From the human T2T-CHM13v2.0 reference genome, Homo sapiens, in NCBI RefSeq assembly GCF_009914755.1, contig NC_060937.1: a stretch of 64,000 nt of DNA. One strand, written 5' to 3'. A program made the position numbers and the translations under genes. The notes beneath the pieces are model-generated. The model was not told the DNA's origin and ran no database searches. It saw only the letters and a list, made by a program, of their open reading frames with translations. The first letter of the stretch is position 1. Each line of letters opens with the position of its first letter. Shown here one piece after another: positions 1-15,806 of this stretch.

Positions 1-1412
<1,412 letters not shown>

Positions 1413-1475
1413 TATGATGTTAGCTGGGTATTTTGCTCGTTAGTTGATGCAGTTTCTTCCTAGCCTCGATGGTCT

Positions 1476-2494
1476 TTACAATTTGGCATGATTTTGCAGT
1501 GGCTGGTACCGGTTGTTCCTTTCCATGTTTAGCGCTTCCTTCAGGAACTCTTTTAGGGCAGGCCTGGTGGTGTGACAAAATCTCTCAGCATTTGCTTGTC
1601 TGTAAAGTATTTTATTTCTCCTTCACTTAGGAAGCTTATTTTGGCTGGATACGAAATTCTGGGTTGAAAATTCTTTTCTTTAAGAATGTTGAATATTGGC
1701 CCCCATTGTCTTCTGGCTTGTAGAATTTCTGCTGAGAGATCCGCTGATAGTCTGATGGGCTTCCCTTTATGGGTAACCCGACCTTTCTCTCTCGCTGCCC
1801 TTAACATTTTTCCCTTCATTTCAGCTTTGGTGAATCTGACAATTATGTGTCTTGGAGTTGCTCTTCTTGAGGAGTATCTTTGTGGTGTTCTCTGTATTTC
1901 CTGAATCTGAATGTTGGCCTGCCTTGCTAGATTGGGGAAGTTCTCCTGGATAATATCCTGCAGAGTGTTTTCCAACTTGGGTTCATTCTCCCCGTCACTT
2001 TCAGGTACACCAATCAGATGTAGATTTGGTCTTTTCACATAGTCCCATATTTCTTGGAGGCTTTGTTCGTTTCTTTTTATTCTTTTTTCTCTAAACTTCC
2101 CTTGTTGCTTCATTTCATTCATTTCATCTTCCATCACTGATACCCTTTCTTCCAGTTGATTGCATCGGCTCCTGAGGCTTCTGCATTCTTCACATAGTTC
2201 TCGAGCCTTGGCTTTCAGCTCCATCAGCTCCTTTAAGCACGTCTCTGTATTGGTTATTCTAGTTATACATTCGTCTAAATTTTTTTCAAAGTTTTTAACT
2301 TCTTTGCCTTTGGTTTGAATTTCCTCCTGTAGCTCGGAGTAGTTTGATCGTCTGAAGCCTTCTTCTCTCAACTCATCAAAATCATTCTCCGTCCAGCTTT
2401 GTTCCGTTGCTGGTGAGGAACTGCGTTCCTTTGGAGGAGGAGAGGTGCTCTGCTTTCTAGAGTTTCCAGTTTTTCTGCTCTGTTTTTTCCCCAT
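1476..2494 (-). pseudogene. L1 ORF1p with a C-terminal frameshift
   Basis: ORF 1553-2494 matches ORF1p for about 308 aa, then diverges (FVTPPGLP* instead of FVTTRPALKELL...) because of an extra TG near 1571. The original stop TAA is at 1476-1478. Confidence 0.9.
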
Positions 2495-4979
2495 CTTTGT
2501 GGTTTTATCTACTTTTGGTCTTTGATGATGGTGATGTACAGATGGGTTTTTGGTGTGGATGTCCTTTCTGTTTGTTAGTTTTCCTTCTAAGAGACAGGAC
2601 CCTCAGCTGCAGGTCTGTTGGAGTTTGCTAGAGGTCCACTCCAGACCCTGTTTGCCTGGGTACCAGCAGCAGTGGCTGCAGAACAGCGGATTTTCATGAA
2701 CTGCGAATGCTGCTGTCTGATCGTTCCTCTGGAAGTTTTGTCTCAGAGGAGTACCTGGCCCTGTGTGGTGTCAGTCTGCCCCTACTGGGGGGTGCCTCCC
2801 AGTTAGGCTGCTCGGGGGTCAGGGGTCAGGGACCCACTTGAGGAGGCAGTCTGCCCATTCTCAGATCTCCAGCTGCGTGCTGGGAGAACCACTGCTCTCT
2901 TCAAAGCTATTAGACAGGGACATTTAAGTCTGCAGAGGTTACTGCTGTCTTTTTGTTTGTCTGTGCCCTGCCCCCAGAGGTGGAGCCTACAGAGGCAGGC
3001 AGGCCTCCTTGAGCTGTGGTGGGCTCCACCCAGTTCGAGCTTCCTGGCTGCTTTGTTTACCTAAGCAAGCCTGGGCAATGGCGGGCGCCCCTCCCCCAGC
3101 CTCACTGCCGCCTTGCAGTTTGATCTCAGACTGCTGTGCTAGCAATCAGTGAGACTTCGTGGGCGTAGGACCCTCCGAGGCAGGTGCGTGATATAATCTC
3201 CTGGTGCGCCGTTTTTTAAGCCTGTCGGAAAAGCGCAGTATTAGGGTGGGAGTGACCCGATTTTCCAGGTGCCATCTGTCACCCCTTTCTTTGACTAGGA
3301 AAAGGAACTCCCTGACCCCTTGTGCTTCCCGAGTGAGGCAATGCCTCGCCCTGCTTCGGCTCACGCACGGTGCGCTGCACCCACTGTCCTGCACCCACTG
3401 TCTGGCACTCCCTAGTGAGATGAACCCGGTACCTCACATGGAAATGCAGAAATCACCCGTCTTCTGCGTCGCTCACGCTGGGAGCTGTAGACCGGAGCTG
3501 TTCCTATTCGGCCATCTTGGCTGGCAGTTCCCTGGCATTCTGTAGGTTTAGAAAAGACTTGGAAGAAAATATTCAAAACAGAGGGACTAGAGAAGGAATT
3601 AGAAGATATGATGCTTTTGAAATACAAAATTCTGTCAGTTGCAAAGAGAAATATTTCAGACTGGGGACAAATCAGAGCTGTCCAAAGGAGGAATTTGCCA
3701 GCTGAAAATGATGTTGCAGCAGCTCAGATAAGAGAAAGGAGAGGAGTCACAGTCAGGAGGCAGAGTGGCAAAGTTATGGACATGAGCCTGGGCATTTCCT
3801 TGAGATAATTCAGGCTTCCAGAGGTGGTCCAAAAGGGTTATAAAAAGACAGCTTGATGAATGTGGGCATCATTTTTTTTTTTTTTTTTACAATGCAAAGA
3901 ATGGAATCCTATACAAGAATATTCTAACTAGGAAAAGGATTATCTTTGTGTAGACTAGCTGTACTGATCCGGGCCCTATGCCACCTGCTGCCAGCTGTCC
4001 CTACAATATGCCAGTTTACACTGATGTACTGGTGGGTGCGTCAAATATTCCTTTAATGGCAATAGTGACAGTGTGTTGTTTTCAGCATTTTTTGAACTTT
4101 TCTGCATTTTGAGCACTCTTTTTGTGTTGGAGCTTTGGACGTTTATTGAACTAGTGGCAAGTATGTTCCCTAGCTAAAGGAAGGCTCCCGCATGCAAGCC
4201 CACTGGCTGCTCCAGTCACCTCTGCAGAGCTGTGGTAGGCACAGAGAACAAGAAACTATTTCTTGAAAAGCCTACAGCAGTTCCTTGCTGCTGTCAATAA
4301 TAGTAGTTATAGTTATAGAGCACTGTCCCCTGAGGAGCTCAAAGCACTTTATAGTTGCTGTCCCATTGATCCTCATAACACGAGTGTAACAGAGAGAAGG
4401 AGCAAGCATTGTCATCATTTTATAGATGGGGAACTTCACCAACGGAGGCAGAGATGACTTTCAGTTCATGTGGGGCACATTACATGTAGAGGTTTTATGA
4501 CTTCTGATGTGCTGTATTAGTTACCCTGTTAAAGCGCATCGCCTCCAGAGCAGCCTTTCTCAATAAGGATCTCAACACAGGGGTATCCCAAAGACTTTTG
4601 CTGCTCCAAAATGCAAAGTCATTTAAAGATAATTTAGCTCTTTTTCTTTTATTTGTATTTTCACCAAAAAAGCTGTAGGGTGGCCTATTGTAAAAGTATA
4701 TCCAAGGATGATAGAAGAACAAAGGCCAAATACTGGGTAATGGATATAGGACGGGGAGTTGGTGGATGGTGGTAAAAACTGTGCACTAAAGACAGTTACT
4801 GCACTTAAGCGTAACACTGGGCTTTGAGATTCCTGGCAGCCAAGGATAAAAGGCAAACATGATGACTTGTGAATGTCTCTATCTGATAAAATGAAATACG
4901 CTATGAGCAAGGGGATTTTAGGTGTGTGAGCTCAAGTGGACAAGCTAGCCCAAGAATAAAGATTAATTTTGTATCTTTT

Positions 4980-5306
<327 letters not shown>

Positions 5307-5334
5307 TAAGGCCAATCACAAAGAGTGGCTGCTC

Positions 5335-5838
5335 ACTCCCTTGCCTGATGTGGCCTATTTAAGCCCTTTGTCTGCCAGCCAGGAGGACTTGAAGGAGAAG
5401 GAGAAAGCCTCCTGGAGCAACCTCTCCATGGATGAAAAAGTTGAGTTGTGTTGCATTCAGTTCAACAGGAGCTTTTCTGGGATAAACAGGGGCATGAAAA
5501 AGTGGAAGATGGTTGTGGGCACTGCCATGTTCTTTGGCTTCACAGCTCTTGTTCTGATCCGGGAGAAACACTGTGTATGGTCTCATCCCACACGGCTTTG
5601 ATGAAGAGTGTGGGCATGCAGACCAAGAGGATGCTAGACATGAAGTCAGTCCCATCTAGGACTTCTCTGCCAACTGGTACTACAACAAGAACCAATGGAA
5701 GTAGCAGAAGTCTGCTGTTTGTGCATCTGAACCTTGCCTTGTTCTGTCACTGCCAAGCAACTCAGCATATTTACCAGAAACTTGTTATGTCAAATAGTGC
5801 CAATGCTAATAAATGAGCAGTTTCCATGAAAAAAAAAA
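5335..5838 (+). pseudogene. COX4I1 processed pseudogene, 5'-truncated
   Basis: Translation [37 protein letters not shown]...[17 protein letters not shown], then a frameshifted QTKRMLDMK, matches COX4I1. Intronless; AATAAA at 5808-5813; A-run at 5829-5838. Confidence 0.92.
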
Positions 5839-6454
5839 GTGGAAGGTGAAATGTGGTTAAAATTGGCATCAAGGGCTTCCTTAAAAGGAACAATGGGAAC
5901 AGAAACCTTTAAGTGGCCACTTAGTGTCTGCAAGTGGTGGAGGGAACATTCTTCCCAGATGTCAGCCTCCATCTTTCTGTAATATTAGATGATGAAGTAG
6001 ATTCTTCTTACATCAGCCATCTCAGTCTTCTCCCTGACTTGCAGTATTGCTTGGATGTCTGGAATCCTCAACTGAGCTTTGAGAGTAGTAATCTCAACAT
6101 GTACCCCAGGGGCAAGCTCAGATCCCCAAGTAAATACTAAATTCCAGAGAGGGTCCTATGCTCACTGTTGCCAAAAATAACCAGGTCTACAAGCTTCCTG
6201 TAAATTAAGGGCCCTTTCAACAAGTGTTTGACAGCTGAGTGATTCCATCTTTCTTACTTGTACTGTTTACTCTCAGCTATCTGAGAATAACCCTTTTGAG
6301 GGTTGCATTTTTAGAGGCTCAGCGTCTTCAGTTCTAGAAAATAAATGAGGATGTCACTAACTGTCCTAATCTTAAGCATTGTCGAAAATAAAATGCTGGT
6401 ATTCCAAAAGTGGTCAGAGACCTTGAGTATTCTTTCCTACACTATCTTTGTGAG

Positions 6455-6850
6455 TGTCTTAGTCCTTTTTGTGTTGCTATAACAGAATACGACAGACTGG
6501 GAAATTTATAAAGAAACAAATTTATTTCTCACAATTCTGGAGGCTATGAAGTCCAACATCAAGGTGGTGGCCTCTGGTGAGGGCCTTCTTGCTGCATCAT
6601 CCCACGGTGGTGGACAGAAGGACAAGAGAACATGAGAGAAGGAAGGGGGTCAAACTCATCTTTTTATCAGGAACCCACTTTGTGATAACTAATTTACTCC
6701 TCAGATAACTAACCCTGGGTACTCCTGAGACAACAGCATTAATCTATTCACGAGCTAACCACCTTAAAGGTGCCACCGCTCTACCTTGTTGTATCGAAGA
6801 CTAAGTTTTCAACATCCAACACGTGAACTTTGGGGATACATTCAAACAGC
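6455..6850. mobile_element. MaLR solo LTR (MST/MLT1A-type)
   Basis: TGTCTTAGTCC...GTGTTGCTATAACAGAATAC...TTCTGGAGGCT...TGAACTTTGGGGATACATTCAAAC signature. Confidence 0.75.
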
Positions 6851-7129
6851 AATAAGCAATGCTCACCTCGGCTCAATCTTTCCCAAATATATTTTCATCC
6901 ATGGTATTTGTGTGCCTAAGAAATGCTGACAGCTAGAAATGAGGCAGAAAAGGAAAATATTCATAAATGTTGCTTTAGATAATAGTGCCTCTCAAGCCAC
7001 TTGCTGCTTTTTTAACCAGCGGTAAAATAAAACTTGATTTTAGTAGCTATTCGTATTTTTTTTTCTGACTCGTAAAGAACTATGAAATGAAAACTAAGCT
7101 TTAAAAGCATTGCAGTTAATTGCTGCTAA

Positions 7130-7178
7130 GTCTCTCTCTTTCTCTCTCTATCTCTCTGTCTCTCTGTGTGTTTGTGTT
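7130..7178. repeat. (CT)n/(GT)n microsatellite
   Basis: Direct reading. Confidence 0.8.
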
Positions 7179-8202
7179 TTAACACCTTCACATAATTTAG
7201 AAAATCAGGGAGATGAGGAATACAAATATGGGTCTAAATTACTCTTGGCTAATTACAGAACACTGTAATAGACTGACTAGCACAGAGCACTGCAGAGGGG
7301 GTTGAGGCTGGTGTTGAACTGCTGGACAGCTGAAGGGACACAGCACAACTGGGTGTCCCATGGTGGGGATGAAGGGGCAGAGGAAAGGGCTTTGTTCTGA
7401 TAAAGCCCTTTTTCATTAGTTAAAATCAGTCCTGGCATAATATTTCCTTTAAAGACTGATCCTGTTAAATTGTGGGGAAGGCAGTAGTTTCAGCAATTGG
7501 AGGTGATATTTATGCTTTTCATCAATAAATAGACTCTACTGGGTCTGTAAGGCCTAGCTTCAAGTCCAGTCCTTGACAATATCATAAAATATATAAACGG
7601 GTCTTGGGTCCCCCTGCTTCTGCTGTACTCTTTTTCTCCTAGTTGTTTCCTTTTACCATTTACTAGGCTCTCAATTGTCTCCACTCAACAGGACATGCCT
7701 TGCTATATCAGTCACACTTTGTGTGTGAATTTAAGCCTATATATTTTCTCCCAAAGGGCAAAAATTAGTCCTTGGGGGCCAAAAAAGTCTTACTATTTTT
7801 ACGTATAAATTACAAATATACATAGAATGCACAAATTGAAACACAGTATCTATATATCTGTGGTATTAAAATTTTATAGATGGGGGCAATTAGGAAAAAA
7901 AATCTAAAAAGGCCACTGAGGGGGTGGTGCAATAATGAAAATCAGGTTAGGAAACACTTCCTTAGATTGAGAGGCTTTGGCTCAAGTCTAAGTAAGTGGC
8001 CATTTCTCAGATGGTCAAGTCTTCAGCAAAACTCCTTGGCAATCTCTCTTTTGGGGGTAAGGAGGTTGAAGAAATTAATTGGGGCCCAGTGGCTTTTTTC
8101 AGTCACCCATAAGTTGCGGGTGGGGTTAAAATTAGAATTCATAGTGTGGTAAATCACTCCAGCCCAGGGAATGAAAGTTTTCAGAATCACCCAAAAAGCA
8201 TT

Positions 8203-8280
8203 AGGAGGAAGAAGAAGGAAGAGAAGGAAGAGGAGGAAGAGGAAGAGAAAGAAGGGAGAGAGGAGGAGTGGGGGAAGGGA
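8203..8280 (+). repeat. GA-rich low-complexity tract
   Basis: GGAGGAAGAAGAAGGAAGAGAAGGAAGAGGAGG..., almost pure purine. Confidence 0.85.
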
Positions 8281-8584
8281 GCTGCTTGCTGGCATTTGGT
8301 TTCCTGTGAGGATCATTTATCCCTGTTTTTGGCTTTCCTTGGTTGAACATATTTGAGTGATAATGCCTTGGGATAAACTGGCATGCTGCCATGGGAGTTG
8401 AATTGCAGGAGGTAAATGCTTGTGGTATGTGGTTTCCCTTGACAGAAGTGCAATTCCCTCCTTCCCACTGACTCTCAAATCCAGCTCTGTGATCCTTCGG
8501 AGAACAATGCAAAGCTTTTCTTCCCTGGCTTTGGCATTTTCTGTCTTGCTGGCTCCTTTATTTGTTCACAGTCTTTGCTTTTGA

Positions 8585-8926
<342 letters not shown>

Positions 8927-11910
8927 TTACATCAGCCGGGGACATAGGCACAGTCAGTGAGTTTTGATAAGTCTTGCAGATAAATAGCCAGCTCTTGAAT
9001 CACCATCAGGGCACCCAAGCAACACAGCGTTCTTACATGGATTAAATTAGCACCAAACTTTAAGAAGTGAAGAAAGAAGCACACAGGAAGTTGCCAACCC
9101 ATCACTCTAATTCCTTACCTAAATTGCTAAAACAATCAATAGCAAAGACAATCTGGAAGCCCACTTGGGAAGCTAAGGTGATAAATGTGTTGTAGTCCCG
9201 TAATGGAGGGGATGGGGTTGGCAAATGGAAGCCCTTCTCAAGGGGGTCATTGGGGGGCTGCCATGGTAACCTCGGCATTGAACTCCTTGTATCTCTTGCG
9301 GATAGGTCTGGAATGTATTGGCCTAATTGGTTGGAACAACCAAAGGGAAGGGTTCACAGGAGGGTTGTCTGAGGTTCTTCTATGGTGGGTCACATGATCT
9401 GAAATCCATATGTGTTCGGGCCACATAAATTTTTCATTGATAGCAATAGCAAGTTGAGAGAGAGTCCCTGGGGGGCAAATGGGTATCAAGCTTGATTCAA
9501 ACATGAATCACATACATCCAAAGCCTTATTTCTATCTCTATTTTGGTCATTCTTTATAGTGTCCTGAGTTTAAGGCATGTTTTTAGCAGTATTGGACATT
9601 AAGGGTTCAAGTTCGCATGATTAATTGCATTGGATTTGGTTTATACTAACTAATTAATCCATGCTGGCTGGCATGACACCTGGCAGTGGTCAGTTACACA
9701 AGGATAATGGAGTACAGATGGTCGGACCCTGCAGCCTATGCATTCATGTAGATCAAACAATTTAGAAAAAACTTTTCTTTTTCCTCAGAATCTTAGTAAG
9801 CTGCCCCTTAGAGACAGGTGGGTTACAATTTGTCATCCTCAGATTTTGTATAGAATGCCTAAGGTTGAGTGTGACAGCAATTGAGAGCTAGGGGTTCCTT
9901 TGAGCACACTGTCCAGAAGAGGAAGCTGTGAAATGGTGTGAACATCACTGTATTGGAGCCAGAAACCCTGGTTTCAAACCTCAGTGCTAATGAATTCTAT
10001 GTGAACGACGCTGGACAAGTCGCTTGCATCTTTTTGACCCTAGTTTTCTCCTCTGTTAAGTGGAGATAATTCTTCCTTTCTTAAAAATTAGATTTTGTGT
10101 TTGTATGTGAAAGATCTTGGCATATTGTAGGCAGGCAATAGATGCGTAGCTTGATTTTTAAGGAGGCACAGGCCAAGTTTTTGTCAGGGAAGCAGTTACA
10201 CAGATTCTCAGGAAGTATGTGATGCTGAAGGACTCACAGGAAAGGAGGGCCATGTCTATTTTCCTGAATTGACTTAAGGAGTCTTCCTGTTGAATGAAGC
10301 ATCCTATTCTGTTCCTTGTCTTGCTAATGATCCTGCAGATGGTCCTGAAGAAGCGTGTATCATTTTTACCCACATTGCTCTGGCCAGAACTCAGTCTCAT
10401 GGCCTCTGCCTAGCTCAAGGTGGGTGGGAGAGGCAGTCCACCCCTGGCTGGGCAGTGACTTCCCAGCAACATCTTCACATTATGGTGGGGTGGGAACATG
10501 CATCCTTGTTCAATAAACTGTCATTGATACAGTGCTAAATGCAGAAGGTCCTGGCACACAGAGGAGAAGTCTCATGGGATCATAGGAATTAAGGGGAAAG
10601 GAGAAAATGTTGGTTAATCTATCAAAAAAATTTTCTTGTTACAGTAAGAAAAGAGAACTCTCTGTCTCTAGCACCTGACCTCTTAGCCACTCTTGTAAAT
10701 GAGTGCTTTTAAAGTCACCTGCCTGAGAGTAGTTAAAACACCACTTGTCAACCATTTGATTTCTTATTCCTTGTAAGCAGCATTTCAGTGCATTTAGGGA
10801 CATAATCTACTGGATACAGTGGGACACACCAGTACAAAAAGGGATTTTGAATCTAATAGGATTTGAAAGGTAAGTATATTTTTATTTTCATGTATCGTGT
10901 GGGAAATTGATAGAAGGAGACATTTCAGGGTCTTGGCTCAAGCTTACATGGCAGATTAATAACTTGTCAGGGAACAGGACTCAGGAGTCCAGCAATCCCA
11001 GCCACGGCTTGTGGGACCCATATACTACATGGGTCAACTACACTTTGCAGCTCCTGCAGTTAAATGCAGTGTTTTTGTTACTCTGGCCGTGTGAGGAAAT
11101 AAATATCTTCTGCTTTAATTCCCCTGCCCCGCAACCTCCTGCCCAAACTTCTTTTCAGGTTGGGTGCATTAACCATAAAACTACTTTTGTGGGAAAACAA
11201 CTTGCCATTGAACTGTGCTGTGTGATTGGAAATTATGAGACATCTTCTCCATTTAATTCCCTAGGAAAATGAGCAGTTGCTAGACCTGGAACCTGTAGCA
11301 GCAGGCAAAGGCAAGGTCTGGATTAGGTACAGACCTCCTGTTTCGCCTTCCTGGGGTCCCAGTGTTCACAATGTTTTGTATTCCTGGACATGATACTTTT
11401 CTTCATGTCCTCCCTTTTCAGAATTGAGTTAAAATGGAATTTTCCTTAATGATGGTAGGTGAAAGCAGTTTTCGCAGAATCAACTTCAATTTTAAGAGCA
11501 CCTTGAGGATTACCAGGAGTTTGTATGTTTTATTGTATTGAATTGTATTGGATTAATAGGCATTTCTGAAGCCAAGTTTCTAGAGTTCAGCCTGTCAATT
11601 TTTTTCCCCTCTTGCCTTCACTTCAATGATCATAATGGAGAGAATGATCTTTCAGTGAAACTTCTGAATGGCATGCCTTGTCAATGAATGGTGTCTGTGG
11701 AGATACAGTCTCCTTCAGCCATTGTAACCTGATACCATTTCAAGTTGAGGGGCTGGCTTCCTGTGAAGCATTTTCAAGGAATCAGGTGTTTGTTTTGGAG
11801 CTATTGTATTTTCTACTCAGGGGGTAAAAGGACAATAATGAGTTCAAGTGTATAAAATGTATCCTTAGGTTCAGCTGTCCTAGGGGTTAGTGCTTGAGGA
11901 CAGAAAGTAA

Positions 11911-12354
<444 letters not shown>

Positions 12355-12491
12355 AAGATGATATGGTCTTGTTGGGCCTAATCTTGTGGTGAGAAGGGAT
12401 TGTGGGACCTGCTTTGAAATCTTCAAGGTCATTTGTGTGTCTCGTAAGGCCAGGTATTCCAAACGTGGTTGTGCTTTGGAATCATTTAAGA

Positions 12492-12798
12492 TTTATTTTA
12501 TTTTTATTTGTTTGTGGGGGGGGAGTTTCTTTCTTGTTGCCCAGCCCGGAGTGCAATGGCGCAATCTCGGCTCACCGCAACCTCTGCCTCCCGGTTCAAA
12601 CGATTCTCCTGCCTCAGCCTCCCGAGTAGCTGGGATTACAGGCATGCGCCACCACACCCGGCTAATTTTTGTATTTTTAGTAGAGAGGGGGTTTCTCCAT
12701 GTTGGTCAGGCTTGTCTCAAACTCCCGACATCAGGTGATCTGCCTGCCTCGGCCTCCCAAAGTGCTGGGATTACAGGCATGAGTCACTGTGCCTGGCC
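12492..12798 (-). mobile_element. Alu (AluSp-like)
   Basis: CTCACCGCAACCTC and TTTCTCCATGTTGGTCAGG diagnostics. Confidence 0.88.
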
Positions 12799-13162
12799 AA
12801 GATTTTTTTTTTTAACGTAAATTATTTAGGTCCCACCCCTGACATACTCTGAAATTGGGAGTGGGGGAGTCTGAGGAATTCATGTGTATATTTAAAATGT
12901 GCCTCAAGTCGATTCTGCTGTAGTCAGTTTCTCACATTTGGGAACTGTGCTGGTTGTCTCCTATTTGCTCCTGGATCATCTCCTCTCCTCTCTTTGCTCC
13001 AGGACGCTGACTACATTGAGGAACTCTCTTCCCCTCTGGCTTCTTGGATTTGATCAGTGGGAACCCTCAACAGGAGATCAGAGGGTGGAAAGATGATGCA
13101 GTCATGGTACACATCTCGTGGCTCTCCCCACACTCCCCATGGTGTCTTCATGTCTGTGGGCT

Positions 13163-13904
13163 GGTTAAATGGGAGAGTTCCCTGATCCCCCTCCCAGGAG
13201 ACCTGCTCCGTTGCCTCAAACCCCTTGCGGGAGGGGGAGCACTCAGATGGGCCGGTGCAGAGGCTGGGGTGGGTGCTTTGGGCTCTGGCCCCATGGTAGT
13301 GTCTTGGGGTGGGTGCCTGCAACCCCAATGTTACAATATTCTCTTAGCCCTGCCATCCGCAGATGGCTTTAAGTGTTAAACAGCTCAATGGACCCTCTGC
13401 CTTTTCTCAAGGGCAGAGGGCCAGTGTGACAGCTTTCTGTATCCTGAGCTCTTGCCCAGCGTCCCGGAAGCATCGGGTCACACACAGGCTTGAAGGATGA
13501 ATGCGAGGTTTTAATGCACGGTGGAGGTGGCTCTCGGCAGGATGGATAGGGAGCTGGAAGGAGGGGAGATGGAGTAGGAAGATGATCTTCCCTTGGAGTG
13601 GGCTGTCCAGCAGCCAAACTCCTCTCTGACCACCCTGGCTGAATTCCTCTCGAGTTCTCTCTGCTGCACTGTTCTGCATTGTCTGCTTGTCTCGTCTCCT
13701 CCTCTGCTGGTCTGAGCTGGAGCCTGGGGTTCAGGGTTTATATGGGTATAGGATAGGGGGTGTGGCATACCAAAAGACCACTTTTTGGGTGCAAAAACAG
13801 GAATGCCTGTTCTCATTTAGGGCCACAGGTGTCCAGGCTTGTGGGTGGGGCCTTTGTTGGGGAACCGCCCTCTTCTAGCATTTCTCTGTCTCCCGTCCAT
13901 ATCG
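13163..13904 (-). mobile_element. ERV1 solo LTR, LTR1 family, nested in an older MaLR-like fragment
   Basis: Minus strand begins GATATGGACGGGAGACAGAG...AGAAGAGGGCGGTTCCCC...GGCCCCACCC...GGCCCTAAATGAGAACAGGCATTCCTG, with a CATATAAACC TATA-like box. Confidence 0.75.
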
Positions 13905-15536
13905 CTGGCAGTAGCCTTTTACCTGAAGCCACTGCTTCTCTCAAGCCAGCACTGTCTTCTTTACTCTCTTCTTCCATTTTCTGATAGCCACTCCCTTTTC
14001 TTTGCTTTTTGAGCCAGGGTGGGAGCACAGGTCCATCAGCAGCCCAAAGGGGCTCACAGGTCAGCCTTCAGGGGCAGGGAAGGGCAGGGAGCTGCTCTGG
14101 AGGGGCAATCGGGAGATCGGGCCCAGATTCATAAAAAGCTACTTTCATTCATTTTTGAAACTTGTTCAAGATCTACATCTAAAGTAGTAGCTGAACCAGG
14201 CCAAATGCGTCTCCTACCCATCTCTCCAAAGCTGGAGTCTGCTTCTTGTCTTGCTAAACCCACTGAGATTGGGGCGGGGGTGGGGAGGGGGGCGGTGGTG
14301 AAGTGTCCCTCCTCTCAGGCCTGAGAAAACGACAGGACCATGAGGAAATCTGATTTTCCTGCAGGTATGGGAATGGGAGAGGAAAGCATGAAGCCATTTC
14401 CCTTTCTTAGAGTAGGTTCTGGATACTTCCTTTATCCTTAAGGAAACTCTTCTAAATGAACTGAGTCTTTCCTTCTTGGAAAAATATCCAAATCATGTCT
14501 CATCCTCCTTCTATCTGACATTTGCAGGCTCTGCACTGGTTTGTTGGCAGTTCCCCCTAATTCCATGGAGGCCTTGGTAACACGCAGCCTTCTCTGTGCA
14601 GTGTGTGGTTAGTAGTAAATCTTGAGCCATTCAGCGCAGCGTTCCTCCTGGGGTCCAATCAACTCACGCCACCTTTCAGGGGAAAATCACCCAGACACAT
14701 GTGACTGGTGTTAAATTAATTTGCGGCGAGTACTGGCTAATGCATTTCAAATGATTTAGCTCTGGTTGCTTCACTGAACATGTTCTGCAGTTTGGGTTTC
14801 TGTGAATAATAAGAGAAAGGGATGTTTTAGAAATATGGTCCTATATTTAGGGACCTGCCTATGTTGATTAGCAGCCAAGTAATTTGGAGCTAGAAAATTT
14901 ACGAGGGTCATTCACATTCCTGCCGCCACCTCAAATCTCAGTTTTACTGAGAAATGAAGGTCTTTTACCTTATGTTGACTTAGTGTTTCTGAAGAGGGAA
15001 TGTTGCCTATTTTGTTGCTAAGTAAAACTCAAAGTTTTCAGTTTCAGATAGAGTATTAAATAAAAAATAAAACTTAATTTCTAAATCATTCTCTCTTTTT
15101 TACATTTGGTGTGAAACTTTCCTAAGGAAAGAAGTTCAGGTTCCTAATCCACTTTGAATAGCCAATTTTACTAAGAAGGCCACAAAGACAGGTAAAAATA
15201 AACTTTTTCTCAGTTAGGTTTTGACCAGCCTACAAAAACAACTTAATAGCAATTGCCCCAGGAAAGAAAATTAGCACAGTTTTCATTGGTTAATAGTCTA
15301 TAGGAAAGCCTTTAAAGTTTAACAAGAGACAATTGCTTTTTAATGTTTTCTTTTTCAAGCGTAGGAACTCAACTTGATCTTTCATTCTTCTAGGAATTCT
15401 GTTTGCCCAGGAGCTGGGGCCAATCCTCATTCTGACATGGTAGCAGCTTTATTTGTCACCTTCTTTGACAGTGAAAAGGATTAGATCAGAGGGTGAGCCC
15501 TGAATGTGGGCTCCAAAGGATGCACAAGGTGATTCA

Positions 15537-15806
<270 letters not shown>

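Noticed and set aside
5318-5845. TSD for the COX4I1 retrocopy (AAAGAGTGG versus AAAAGTGG)
   Set aside because: Too short and imperfect to call.
8023-8512. ORFs with poly-Leu/Phe, poly-Glu or poly-Arg/Lys runs
   Set aside because: Produced by the GA-rich low-complexity tract; no recognisable homology.
9185-9504. 85-aa ATG-initiated minus-strand ORF and overlapping plus-strand ORF
   Set aside because: No recognisable family, motif or splice context; length is within chance expectation.
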